From contig CAVUOW010000004.1 of assembly GCA_963743205.1 (NCBI GenBank), forward strand, positions 422,978 through 486,977: a DNA stretch of 64,000 nt, in the 5' to 3' direction. A program made the position numbers and the translations under genes. A model generated the notes under the pieces. That model was given only the letters and a program-made list of their open reading frames with translations, was not told where the DNA came from and did not search any database. Positions 52,261 to 62,206 of the stretch are shown one piece after another (position 1 is the first letter of the stretch; each line of letters starts with the position of its first letter). The DNA is from Candidatus Aminicenantes bacterium. Its GTDB lineage: Bacteria > Acidobacteriota > Aminicenantia > Aminicenantales > Saccharicenantaceae.

Positions 52261-53376
52261 ATGACCAAGCCGTCCCGGCTCGTCGCGATCGCCGCTCTGA
52301 TAGCCGTCGGTCTCTGCCTGCGCGGGCCATCGGCCGCAGCCGCGGCGGAGGAGCCCGCCGTGAAGCCGGAACCGTACAAGGCCCGACTCCTCGGCCTGCC
52401 CTTCGTCTATTATTCGCCCGAGACCAAGCTCGCCTTCGGCGTAGGCAGCATGCTCAATTTCCGGGCCGGCCGGATCAAAGAAGAAGCCCGCACGTCCAGC
52501 GTCTGGGCCTTTGCCAGCTATAACCTGGCCCGGCAATTCAACGTCCTCATCAAGCCCGAGATCTATGTCAAGGGCAACAGCCTCATCTTCAACGGCAGCC
52601 TCCAGTATCAGCGGGCGCCGCAGCGATTCTACGGGGTGGGCAACGCCACGCAGTCGGCCGACGGTGAGTCCTTTACACCGCGGACCTTTGCGGTCCGGCT
52701 GGGCGTCAAAAGGCGCGTGTCGGGCGGTCTCTTCGGCGGCCTGGATTTCGACTTCGAACGGACGACGATGGAAAAGGTCGAGCCGGGCGGGCTTCTCGCG
52801 TCCGGGGAGATCGCCGGGAGCCGCGGCGGGATGATCGCCGGGTTCGGGGCCAATCTGAACTGGGACACGCGGGACTCGGTCCTTTTCCCGCTTCAGGGCG
52901 CCTTTCTCCAGGTCTCGGCCGACGCCTACGGGGCCACCGCAGGCAGCGACTTCAGTTACAACCGCATCGAGCTCGATCTCCGGAAATATTGGCCTCTGGG
53001 GACGAACCGCGTTCTGGCCACGCAGGCCTATCTTGTCTCGACGGGCGGCAGCGTCCCCTTTTACAAGCTGGCCCTCCTTGGCGGGGAATCGCTCCTCCGC
53101 GGATACTACAGAGGCCGCTTCAGGGATAAGGGGCTTCTCCTCTTCCAGGCCGAGTTCAGGGCCCTGATCACGAAAAGGATCGGCGTGGCCGGCTTCGCGG
53201 GCCTGGCCGACGTCTTCCCGGGATTCGGGGACGTCGGCGCCGGGAGGCTCAAGTTCGCTGCAGGCAGCGGTCTCCGCTATGTGATCAACAAACGGGACGG
53301 GGCGACGGTCCGCCTGGACCTGGCCTGGGGCCAGGAAAGCTTCGGCCTCTATATCACCGCCCGCGAGGCGTTCTAG
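52261..53376 (+). CDS. Omp85/BamA-TamA family outer-membrane beta-barrel without POTRA domains
   Basis: Signal peptide, YYSPET, WDTRD, LRGY, GLRY, C-terminal Phe. Confidence 0.82.
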   Translation: MTKPSRLVAIAALIAVGLCLRGPSAAAAAEEPAVKPEPYKARLLGLPFVYYSPETKLAFGVGSMLNFRAGRIKEEARTSSVWAFASYNLARQFNVLIKPEIYVKGNSLIFNGSLQYQRAPQRFYGVGNATQSADGESFTPRTFAVRLGVKRRVSGGLFGGLDFDFERTTMEKVEPGGLLASGEIAGSRGGMIAGFGANLNWDTRDSVLFPLQGAFLQVSADAYGATAGSDFSYNRIELDLRKYWPLGTNRVLATQAYLVSTGGSVPFYKLALLGGESLLRGYYRGRFRDKGLLLFQAEFRALITKRIGVAGFAGLADVFPGFGDVGAGRLKFAAGSGLRYVINKRDGATVRLDLAWGQESFGLYITAREAF

Positions 53377-53388
53377 CCCGGCCTCGCC

Positions 53389-53835
53389 TTACTTCTTCAG
53401 CTCCGAGGTGCAGTGCGGGCAACGGACGGCGGCCAGAGGAACGGCCGTGGCGCAGAAGGGGCAGTCCTTGGTCGTCGGCGCGGGCGCCTCGGCTTTCTTC
53501 TTCATCCGGTTCATTCCCCGAACGAGCAGGAAGATCGAAAAGGCGATAATGAGGAAGCTGATGATCTTATTGATGAAGGCGCCGTAATTCAGGGTGACCG
53601 CGCCGGCCTGCTGGGCGGCGGCGAGCGAGGCGTAAGGGCCCGGCGCCTGTCCGGCCGACAGGAGGACATAAAGATTGGAGAAATCGACTTTGCCCAAGAG
53701 CAGCCCGATGGGCGGCATCAGGACATCCGCGACGAGCGAAGAGATGATGGCGCCGAACGCGGCGCCGATGATGATGCCCACGGCCATATCCATAACCGAG
53801 CCGCGCATGGCGAATTCCTTGAATTCTTTGAACAT
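53389..53835 (-). CDS. mscL: Large-conductance mechanosensitive channel with C-terminal zinc ribbon
   Basis: [25 protein letters not shown]; C-terminal CPFC...CPHC. Confidence 0.95.
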   Translation of the reverse strand: MFKEFKEFAMRGSVMDMAVGIIIGAAFGAIISSLVADVLMPPIGLLLGKVDFSNLYVLLSAGQAPGPYASLAAAQQAGAVTLNYGAFINKIISFLIIAFSIFLLVRGMNRMKKKAEAPAPTTKDCPFCATAVPLAAVRCPHCTSELKK

Positions 53836-53891
53836 CCGGACCTCCTGCGATTGCGTTCCTCAATCCTTATATTAGATGCCGCCTCGGGATG

Positions 53892-55919
53892 TCAATCCCT
53901 GACCACCGGGAAGACGGAGATGCGTAGACGGGCGCAGCCCATGGGGACGAGCTCGACCTCTTCGACCGGGCCCTCCCCTTTCGCGGGGCTGGCCGGGACG
54001 AGGCCGGCCATCCGGCCCTCCGCCGTCCAGCCGGGCACGCGCCGGGCCTTGGCTCTGAGAACGATCGGGGCCGCCTCAAGCGCAAAGGGCTGGAAGGGCG
54101 GCGCATTGCGGGACGCGAGCCGTACGGAGGCGGCCGCTTCCGGGCCCTCGAAGACGAGGCCGTAATTCCAAGGCGTCGTCGGCAGGGCCTCGAGGGCCGG
54201 CCAGATCTCGGTTCCCCCGTACTTTTGCCAGCGCTCGCCGATCTTGAGGGAGAACCAGAGCGGACCGCGGCGCACGGACACGGCACCCCGCCGGGCCGGC
54301 CACTCGACCACCTCGATCTGCGGGCCTAATTCGAGCCGCACCTCGTCGCCGTGGCGCCATGTCCGGCTCAATACGGCATACCGGCCCCCGGCGAACGGGC
54401 CTTCGACCGGCTGACCGTTGATGAGGATCTGCACGGACTTGGCCCATCCCGGCAGGCGCAGGTAAAGAGGGAAAGTGACGGGACGGTCGCAGGACAGGGT
54501 GAGCCGGATCTGGTCCTCGAAGGGATAGCAGGTCTCCTCGGCGATGGACACGTCAGCCCCTTCGGCGACCTTGGCCCTGACCTCGGACGGCGCATAGAGC
54601 GTCGCCGCCAGCCCGTTGTCCGCGGTGGCCATCCAGAGATGTTCGGCGTAATACGGCCAGCCGAAGGCGACATTGTGCTGGCAGCAGCGGTAGCCCCAGG
54701 GGTCGAACGAAACGAGCGTCCCGGAGTTCTGGAAATCGTGCTCGCCGCTGCTGTCGCAGGAGATGAGGTTGGCCGCGGTGAAATAGTGAAGCGACTTGAG
54801 GTCGGGCGTCATGGAGGCGGGCAGGGAGTTGAAGGCGACCTCCTCGGCCCGGTCCGCCCAGGCAGGGTCACCGGTGATCTTCAGGAGGGACTCGAAGCTG
54901 GCCATGAACTCGACCATGGTGCACGTTTCGGCCCCCTGCCGGGGATCGTCCTTGCCCGGACGGATGTTCTCGTCGGCGCCGAACATGCCGCCGGGCTGGC
55001 GGCCGTAGCGGTCCAGGACCTGGCGGTAGTTGCGCTCGACGGCCTCGAGCAGGCCCCGGTCGCGGGATTGCTGGAAGTAGATGCCGGGCTCGCGGAAGCC
55101 CATGGCGATGTTGACGCCGTGATAAAAAGAGCTTTCGACCCAATCCTTGTCCCGGGCCGGACTGAGGATGGGAGAGGTCCAGTCCGACGTCCGGGTGAAG
55201 AGCCGCCGCGCGAGGTCGAGGAGGAAGCTCTCGCCGGTACGGTTGTAGAGCCAGTAGACGCTTTCGAGGTTTTCCCCTCCCCTGAGCTTCTGCCAGCTCC
55301 CCGGCAGCAGCTCTTCAGCCGGGAGGTGGAATTCGTACTGGAAGTAGCGGCTCATGAGTGAGAGGACACGGCGGTCGCCCGTGGCCTCGTAGAAGCTCTG
55401 GAGAGCCGACAGCATGATCATGTTCGGCCAAAGATCGTTGGCCCCGCGGTTATCGGCCGGGCCGAAGAAGCCGTCCCGGGCTTGGGATTTAATGGCCAGG
55501 AGCAGCCACCGCTCGGTCTCCTTGCGCATGGCCGCGTCCTTGAGGAGATAGCCCAGGTCGCCGTAGCCTTTGAGCCAGTAAGGCATCTCCTCCCAGCCCT
55601 GGCCCTTGAGCGTCACCCAGCCGCTGTCGTCCCCGAGGAAACGACTGAGTTCGGCCAGCCGGCCGGTGAGGCCGTCCCTCATCAGCTGCAGCTGGGCCAT
55701 GAGCCAGCCCCGCGGTTCGACCGCGCCTACGGGGAGCTTGACCAGGGGGCTCACGGCGAGCGGCGCCCGGTTCGACGGGTAATGCCCATTGGGCACGGCC
55801 GAAGGCGGGACGGGGACCGTCAAGGCCTGCGCCGGGTCCGGGAATTCGGAGAACGAGCCCACCCTGGACTGGAGGAAGACGAGGGCCAGGAAGAGCGCCG
55901 GAATGACCAGGTGCTTCAT
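53892..55919 (-). CDS. GH127/GH146-like beta-L-arabinofuranosidase family protein
   Basis: GWEEMPYWL, HGVN, ETC, CCQHN, YPF, RLPGW, RRGPL; signal peptide. Confidence 0.85.
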   Translation of the reverse strand: MKHLVIPALFLALVFLQSRVGSFSEFPDPAQALTVPVPPSAVPNGHYPSNRAPLAVSPLVKLPVGAVEPRGWLMAQLQLMRDGLTGRLAELSRFLGDDSGWVTLKGQGWEEMPYWLKGYGDLGYLLKDAAMRKETERWLLLAIKSQARDGFFGPADNRGANDLWPNMIMLSALQSFYEATGDRRVLSLMSRYFQYEFHLPAEELLPGSWQKLRGGENLESVYWLYNRTGESFLLDLARRLFTRTSDWTSPILSPARDKDWVESSFYHGVNIAMGFREPGIYFQQSRDRGLLEAVERNYRQVLDRYGRQPGGMFGADENIRPGKDDPRQGAETCTMVEFMASFESLLKITGDPAWADRAEEVAFNSLPASMTPDLKSLHYFTAANLISCDSSGEHDFQNSGTLVSFDPWGYRCCQHNVAFGWPYYAEHLWMATADNGLAATLYAPSEVRAKVAEGADVSIAEETCYPFEDQIRLTLSCDRPVTFPLYLRLPGWAKSVQILINGQPVEGPFAGGRYAVLSRTWRHGDEVRLELGPQIEVVEWPARRGAVSVRRGPLWFSLKIGERWQKYGGTEIWPALEALPTTPWNYGLVFEGPEAAASVRLASRNAPPFQPFALEAAPIVLRAKARRVPGWTAEGRMAGLVPASPAKGEGPVEEVELVPMGCARLRISVFPVVRD

Positions 55920-55967
55920 GAGAGGCCTCCGCCGACCCGGGATGAGCCGGGCGCCGGGAGCGTCGGG

Positions 55968-57050
55968 CTACCGGCGCAGGCCCTTGATCGTGTCGTGGGT
56001 CGACTTCTCGTAAATATAGGGCTTGGCCGCATCGTAGTCAATCTTGCCCTCGCGGCAGAGCTTGATCAGGCCCTGGTCCATCGTCTGCATGCCCTCGCTC
56101 GAGGAGGTCTGCAAGGTCTGATAGATGGCGTCGACTTTGCCGGCCCGGATGTTGTTGCGGACGGCGGAGTTGGCCATCAGGATTTCGCACGCGGCCACCC
56201 GGCCGCTCCCGTCCTTCTGCGGCAACAGGACTTGGGAAACGACGCCGAGGAGGGTCGAAGCGAGCTGGGTCCGGACCTGCGGCTGCTGGTCCGTGGGGAA
56301 GACGTCGACGATGCGGCTGACCGTCTGGGCCGCGCTGGCGGTGTGGAGCGTCCCGAAGACGAGATGCCCCGTCTCGGCCGAGGTGATGGCGATGCCGATC
56401 GTCTCATAGTCGCGCATCTCCCCGATGAGGATGACATCGGGGTCCTGCCGCAGGGCGTACTTCAAGGCGTTGCGGAAGGACAAGGTGTCGCCGGCGGCGC
56501 CGACCTCGCGCTGGGTGACGAAGGACTTCTGGGAATTGTGGATGTACTCGATGGGGTCCTCGATCGTCAGGATGTGGTCGCGGCGAGTCTTGTTGACCAT
56601 GTCGACGAGGGCCGCGAGGGTCGTCGACTTGCCGCTGCCGGTGGGTCCCGTGACGAGGACGAGACCGCGCTTAGCCCGGGCGAATTCTTTGGCGGAGTCC
56701 GGGATCCCCAGCTCGTCCAGAGCGGGGATGCGGCTGGCCAGGGCGCGGACCGAAGCCCCGACGCTGCCTCGGCTGACATGGACGTTGACGCGGAAGCGTC
56801 CGACGCCCGGGATGCCATAGCCGAAATCGAGCTCGTTGCGGCTGGCCGGGTCGTTCTGGAACATGTTCTGCTGGTGGGTCGTCAACGCCGCGAAGACGAA
56901 CTCCTTGAGGCCATCCGGGGTGAAGCGGTCGATGCCCTCAACGGGCTCGAGCTCGCCCTGGATGCGGAAGGCCGGAGGAAGGCCGGCGATGAGATGGAGG
57001 TCGGAAGCCTTGCGCTCGACCATGAGCTGGAGAAGGTCGTTGAAGATCAT
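55968..57050 (-). CDS. pilT: Type IV pilus retraction ATPase PilT family
   Basis: ASDLHL, GPTGSGKSTT, TIEDPIE, LRQDPDVILIGEMRD, ETGHLVFGTLH, GMQTMD. Confidence 0.9.
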   Translation of the reverse strand: MIFNDLLQLMVERKASDLHLIAGLPPAFRIQGELEPVEGIDRFTPDGLKEFVFAALTTHQQNMFQNDPASRNELDFGYGIPGVGRFRVNVHVSRGSVGASVRALASRIPALDELGIPDSAKEFARAKRGLVLVTGPTGSGKSTTLAALVDMVNKTRRDHILTIEDPIEYIHNSQKSFVTQREVGAAGDTLSFRNALKYALRQDPDVILIGEMRDYETIGIAITSAETGHLVFGTLHTASAAQTVSRIVDVFPTDQQPQVRTQLASTLLGVVSQVLLPQKDGSGRVAACEILMANSAVRNNIRAGKVDAIYQTLQTSSSEGMQTMDQGLIKLCREGKIDYDAAKPYIYEKSTHDTIKGLRR

Positions 57051-57161
57051 GGAGCCGCCTTTCAGGGATAGGGAAGAATATGACGTCCGGCCGGCCGGCC
57101 GCAACACCGCCGGCGGTGAAATCGAGGTCACCCTGAGCGGCGAGGCCCCTCGGCCCCGGTG

Positions 57162-59015
57162 TTACCAGGCGATGCCGTAGTCCTCGCCGTAGTTGCTGCT
57201 GCCGCCCCAGAACGTGCCGTGGGCCCGGTCGAAGAAGATGGCGTTGATCGGTCCCGAGGTGTATTTCTTGACGGTCAGGACGTAACCCATGGCCTTGAGC
57301 CGGTCGCGGATCTCCGGCGGGACCGACTCGTTGATATCGAGCTTGCCGGGGAAGGTCTTGTGATCGGCGAAGGAGTTGTGCATCTGGTAGCTGTTGAAGT
57401 TCGGCGCCTCGCAGGCCTGTTGGACGTTCATGCCGAACTCGACAACGCCGAGGAAGAATTGAAGCAGGTTCTGGTCCTGCGTGTCGCCGCCCTGCACGGC
57501 GAAAGACAGGTACGGCCGTCCCTCTTTCAAAGCCAGGCCGGGGGTCAGGGTCGACCGGGGCCTTTGTCCCGGGGTGATGACATTGAAGGGGTTCTGCCGC
57601 TCGTCAAGAACGAAGCTCTGGGCCCGCTGGCTCATGCCCACCCCGGTCCGCCCGGCGATCACGCAGGGCACCCAGCCGCCGCTCGGGGTCACCGAAACGA
57701 CCCAGCCTTCTTTGTCGGCGGCCTGGATGGAGGTCGTCCCCGCACGGAAGGAGGCTTCGACCTCGGCCGATTGCCGGGCGTCGAGTCCGGCGGCATCTCC
57801 CCTGCCCCAATCGAGCCAGCGGTCGAGATAAGCGCGGTAGGGATTCGTCCGGCCTTCGAACGGATAAGGGTCTCCGGGCTTGATGTCGGGCTCATTCCTG
57901 TCGTTGCGGATGAGCCGGACCCGCTCCTGGGCGTACGCTTTCGACAGGAGTCCGCCGAGCGGCTCTTCGGGCGGACAATAGGGATCTCCGTAATAGAAAT
58001 CCCGGTCCGCGAAAGCCAGGTTCATGACCTGATAGAGGGTGTGGATATAGGCGGCGCTGTTGTAGCCCAGGCTCTTGACGTCGAGGGTTTCGAGCATGTT
58101 CAGGGCCTGGAGCATGACCGGACCCTGGACCCAGCTCGTGAGCTTGAAGACCTCGATCCCTTTGTACGAGGTGGACACCGGCTCTTCGAGGTGGACTTTC
58201 CAGGAGGCCAGGTCGTCCAGGGTGATGAGCCCGCCCTGCTCGCGGGAGCCGCGGACGAATTCGCGGGCGATGTCGCCCTTGTAGAAGCGGTCGTAAGCGG
58301 CGCGGATCGCGTCCTTCCGCGACTGGCCCGCAGCCAGGGCCTTGCCCTCGGCTTCGATGAGCTGGCCCAGCATCGCGGCGAGGTCGGGCTGGCGGAAGAT
58401 CTCCCCCGGCCGGGGCGCTTCGAAGGTCTCGCCAAGGTGGGGCAGCAAGACCGCCCGCGAATAGGGCCAAGCCTTGATCTTGTCCTTGTCCTTCTCGATG
58501 CGGTCAGCCGTTTCCTTGTCCATGGGATAGCCTTCGGCCATGCGCAGGGCCGGGGCCAGCACCTCGGCGAGGCTCATCGTTCCGAACTCGGCCAGCATCG
58601 TCAGGAGTCCGCCCGGAGTGCCCGGGGTGACGGCCGAGAGGACCCCGAATTCGGGCGGATAGGCGTAGCCCTTGTCCTTATAGAATTGGACGGTGGCGCC
58701 GGACGGCGCGACGCCCAGAGCGTTCAGACCGATGACCTTTCCGGTCTTCGGGTTGTAGATCAAGGCTTGGGTCTCCCCGCCCCAGCTGAGGACGTCGTGC
58801 ATCGTGCAGACGGCCCCGAGCATGGCGCAGGCCGCATCGACGGCATTGCCGCCCTTGGCGAAGATCATGGCGCCGGCCGTGGCCGCCAGCGGCTTTCCCG
58901 TGATGGCCACCCATTCCCGGCCATGGAGGACGGGCTTCTCCGTCCGCTGAGCGGACGAGCCGCCGACCGAGACTCCCAGACAAAGAACGAGGATCATGAG
59001 GGAGATCGCTTTCAT
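57162..59015 (-). CDS. ggt: Gamma-glutamyltransferase family protein
   Basis: GGNAVDAA, nucleophile context GTTSIQAAD, RPRSTLTP, QGGDTQ; signal peptide. Confidence 0.88.
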   Translation of the reverse strand: MKAISLMILVLCLGVSVGGSSAQRTEKPVLHGREWVAITGKPLAATAGAMIFAKGGNAVDAACAMLGAVCTMHDVLSWGGETQALIYNPKTGKVIGLNALGVAPSGATVQFYKDKGYAYPPEFGVLSAVTPGTPGGLLTMLAEFGTMSLAEVLAPALRMAEGYPMDKETADRIEKDKDKIKAWPYSRAVLLPHLGETFEAPRPGEIFRQPDLAAMLGQLIEAEGKALAAGQSRKDAIRAAYDRFYKGDIAREFVRGSREQGGLITLDDLASWKVHLEEPVSTSYKGIEVFKLTSWVQGPVMLQALNMLETLDVKSLGYNSAAYIHTLYQVMNLAFADRDFYYGDPYCPPEEPLGGLLSKAYAQERVRLIRNDRNEPDIKPGDPYPFEGRTNPYRAYLDRWLDWGRGDAAGLDARQSAEVEASFRAGTTSIQAADKEGWVVSVTPSGGWVPCVIAGRTGVGMSQRAQSFVLDERQNPFNVITPGQRPRSTLTPGLALKEGRPYLSFAVQGGDTQDQNLLQFFLGVVEFGMNVQQACEAPNFNSYQMHNSFADHKTFPGKLDINESVPPEIRDRLKAMGYVLTVKKYTSGPINAIFFDRAHGTFWGGSSNYGEDYGIAW

Positions 59016-59066
59016 CGGTCCATCCTTTCCGCGAGATCGGCCGGCGCGATGGGATCCATCGGGCCC

Positions 59067-59981
59067 CTAATTCAAGTCGACGAAGACGCTGAAAGCGACG
59101 GCCCGGCCCGTGCAGGCGAGCATCGGAACGACGCGCTGGCGCCGGTCATGGTTGCGGACGACCAAGCGGGCCACAAAATGGCCCACGACAGCGCCGATGG
59201 CCACGTCGGAGGCCCAATGGCGGTCCAGGGCCAGCCTTGACAGCCCCACGCCGGTGGCCAGCGTATAGGCCACGGCCGGCACCCAGGCGTGCTGCCGGTA
59301 CTGCAGCGCGATGACGGTGGCCAGGGAAAACGCCGCCGCCGTATGACCGGAGGGACAAGAACCGTAGAGACCTCCGCCGCCCTTTTCGAATCGCTTGAAG
59401 AACCCTGCAGGTCCGGCCCAGTGGTCCTGGCCGGCGTCGACGTACGGCCGCTGACGCCCGGTCAGGCCCTTGAGGAAGTTATCTACGAGGAAGGACTGCA
59501 GGACGGCGCTCGCCGCCAGGTAGCCGGTTTCCCTGGCCCGGGCGTCCTTGAACAGGAGGCCGGCGCCGAAGAAGGCCCCGGCGGTCGCGAAACCGGCCAA
59601 GCCTCCCATCTCGGTGACCACGGGGGCGACATCGCCGACCCAGGCGTGATTTCCGGCGTACGTCTGGACGCTGTCGCGGATGGACTCGTCGGAGGCGATT
59701 AGGAACGCCGTGGCCGCGGCCAAGCCGACGAGGGGAACGATATGTTTGGTCTTGATGCGTGCCGGCGAGGACCAGATCCGGCCGGCGTCGCCGAGAAATT
59801 GCCGGCCGGCCTCTTTCAAGGTGAAGCGATCGCCAGTTTCAGGGACCCGCTTCTCAGCCGGCGCAGGGATTTGGCCGGCGGGCGGCGGCGCTCCCGCCGC
59901 GGTGACGGAAGCGCTCAGGAAGAGGACGAGGGCGAGGCCGGCCGCTCCGGCTCGAACGAGGATCCCGTTTTTCGGGGCCAT
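59067..59981 (-). CDS. PAP2 family phosphatase
   Basis: K...GRQRP, PSGH, SR....HWASDV motifs. Confidence 0.88.
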   Translation of the reverse strand: MAPKNGILVRAGAAGLALVLFLSASVTAAGAPPPAGQIPAPAEKRVPETGDRFTLKEAGRQFLGDAGRIWSSPARIKTKHIVPLVGLAAATAFLIASDESIRDSVQTYAGNHAWVGDVAPVVTEMGGLAGFATAGAFFGAGLLFKDARARETGYLAASAVLQSFLVDNFLKGLTGRQRPYVDAGQDHWAGPAGFFKRFEKGGGGLYGSCPSGHTAAAFSLATVIALQYRQHAWVPAVAYTLATGVGLSRLALDRHWASDVAIGAVVGHFVARLVVRNHDRRQRVVPMLACTGRAVAFSVFVDLN

Positions 59982-60091
59982 AGAAACCGATTATACATCA
60001 ACTCCGGAGAGTCTACCCCCTGCCGTTTCTCTGTGCTATAATGACGCTCTTTTCGGGCCGCCCGTTGAAGAACAGAGGAGATTGGCCGTCC

Positions 60092-62206
60092 ATGTATCGC
60101 ATCGAACAACACCCCATACTGCCCATCCCCGCGAGACCTAAGGTCCCCTTCACCTGGAGGGGCCAGACCCTTGAAGCCTTCGAGGGCGAGACCCTGTCTT
60201 CCGCCCTGTTCGCCGCCGGCATCCGCGTGTTTGGACATCATGCCAAGGACGGCGCCGCCCAGGGAATTTTTTGTGCCAACGGCCAGTGTTCCCAGTGCCT
60301 CGTCCTGGTCGATGGCGTCCCCGTAAAATCCTGTATGGAGATCGTCCGGGCCGGGGCCCGTGTCGAGCCTGTGGAGGGGCTGCCGGATCTGCCCCAGGTC
60401 GACGCCCGCACGGCCGGGCTCGAGAAGGCCAGTCCCATCGAGACCATGCGCGTGCCCGTCCTGATCATCGGCGGCGGTCCGGCCGGGCTTTCGGCCGCGA
60501 TCGAGCTGGGCCGGCGGGGCATCGAAACGCTTCTCATCGACGACAAGCACCGGCTCGGCGGCAAGCTCGTCCTCCAGACGCATCGCTTCTTCGGCTCCAT
60601 CGATGCCGTTTACGCCGGGACGCGGGGTATCGACATCGCCACGCGCCTCGAGAACGAGGTCCGCTCGTTCCCCGGCGTGCGCGTCTGGCTCCAGAGCCCG
60701 GCCCTGGCCGTCTACAGCGATAAGAAGGTCGGCGTCCTCGTCGACGGCCGGCGCTATGTCCTCGTCGAACCGGAGATCCTCTTGGTGACATCGGGCGCAC
60801 GGGAGAAGAATCTGGCCTTTCCGGGCAACACGCTGCCCGGGGTGTACGGCGCCGGGGCCTTCCAGACGCTGGTCAACAGGGACTTGGTCAAGCCGACCGG
60901 ACGGCTGTTCATCGTCGGGGGCGGCAACGTCGGCCTCATCGCCGGGTATCATGCCCTCCAGGCCGGCATCGCCGTCGTCGGGCTGGTCGAGGTCCTGCCG
61001 GAATGCGGCGGCTACAAGGTCCACCGGGACAAGCTGGCCCGGCTGGGCGTGCCCATCGCGACGTCGCACACGGTCGTCAGCGCCAACGGCACGGCCGCCC
61101 TCGAATCGGTGACCATCGCCCGCGTCGACGAGAAATTTAGACCCGTTCCGGGGACCGAACGGTCGTTCGAATGCGACACCCTGCTCATCGCCGTCGGCCT
61201 CGATCCCGTCAACGAATTTTACGAAAAAGCCCTCGAATTCGGCCTCGGCGCCTTCGCCGCGGGCGACGCCGAGGAGATCGCCGAAGCTTCGGCGGCCATT
61301 TTCTCCGGCAAGATCCGCGGGCTCGAAGTGGCCCGGGCGCTCGGCCACGACGTCGGCGAGATCTCCAAGGATTGGTATCGGACCGCGGAGATCCTGAAAT
61401 CGAAGCCGGGCGCGACCGTGCACGAGCGAACGCCGAGCGAAGAGGGGGGCGTCTTCCCAGTCATCCACTGCAACCAGGAGATCCCCTGCGACCCCTGCAC
61501 CGCGGTCTGCCCCAATGATCTCATCGATATGGACAAGACGGACATCCGCCTTCTCCCCGCTTTCCTGGGCGAGAAGGGCGGGAAGCGCTGCTCCGGCTGC
61601 GAGAAGTGCGTCGCCATCTGTCCCGGACTGGCCATCACCCTGGTCGACTACCGCAAGGACCCGGAATTCCCGACCGTGGCCATCGCCTTCGAGTTCCTCA
61701 AGGACAGCCTGAAGGCCGGGGACAGCGTCGTCGTCGAGGACACCGAGGGGAAGGCCCTCGGCCGGGTCGAGGTCGGAGCGGTCAAAGCCATCAAAGCCAA
61801 TGACCGCACCGTCATCGTCAAGGTCCGGGCCCCTCGCGAATACGCCAAGAGAATCGCCGGCATCAGGATCCAGCCGCCGGAGACGGCCGAGCCCCTCGGC
61901 CAGTACGTCAAACGGACGGCCGAGGACGCCATCGTCTGTCGCTGCGAGCGAGTCACTGCGGGCGAGATCCGCGGGCTGATCCGGCAAGGCGTGCGGGACA
62001 TCAGCGAGATCAAGGCTCTCACCCGGACGAGCATGGGCTCGTGCGGGGCCAAGACCTGCACGCCCCTCATCCACAGGATCTTCCGGGAGGAGGGAGTGCC
62101 CGACGCCGAGGTCGTCGACCAGCCAAAGCGGCCGCTCTTCATCGAGGTCCCGATGGGCATCTTCGCCGGCCTCGGCGGGAAGGACAACGGCCATGACAGC
62201 GACTAA
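60092..62206 (+). CDS. Multidomain FAD/Fe-S oxidoreductase (sarcosine oxidase / proline dehydrogenase alpha-like fusion)
   Basis: 2Fe-2S motif CANGQCSQC, GGGPAG, GGGNVG, 4Fe-4S motifs CDPCTAVCP and CSGCEKCVAICP, BFD-like CRCE...CGAKTC; GAGGAG SD. Confidence 0.87.
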   Translation: MYRIEQHPILPIPARPKVPFTWRGQTLEAFEGETLSSALFAAGIRVFGHHAKDGAAQGIFCANGQCSQCLVLVDGVPVKSCMEIVRAGARVEPVEGLPDLPQVDARTAGLEKASPIETMRVPVLIIGGGPAGLSAAIELGRRGIETLLIDDKHRLGGKLVLQTHRFFGSIDAVYAGTRGIDIATRLENEVRSFPGVRVWLQSPALAVYSDKKVGVLVDGRRYVLVEPEILLVTSGAREKNLAFPGNTLPGVYGAGAFQTLVNRDLVKPTGRLFIVGGGNVGLIAGYHALQAGIAVVGLVEVLPECGGYKVHRDKLARLGVPIATSHTVVSANGTAALESVTIARVDEKFRPVPGTERSFECDTLLIAVGLDPVNEFYEKALEFGLGAFAAGDAEEIAEASAAIFSGKIRGLEVARALGHDVGEISKDWYRTAEILKSKPGATVHERTPSEEGGVFPVIHCNQEIPCDPCTAVCPNDLIDMDKTDIRLLPAFLGEKGGKRCSGCEKCVAICPGLAITLVDYRKDPEFPTVAIAFEFLKDSLKAGDSVVVEDTEGKALGRVEVGAVKAIKANDRTVIVKVRAPREYAKRIAGIRIQPPETAEPLGQYVKRTAEDAIVCRCERVTAGEIRGLIRQGVRDISEIKALTRTSMGSCGAKTCTPLIHRIFREEGVPDAEVVDQPKRPLFIEVPMGIFAGLGGKDNGHDSD

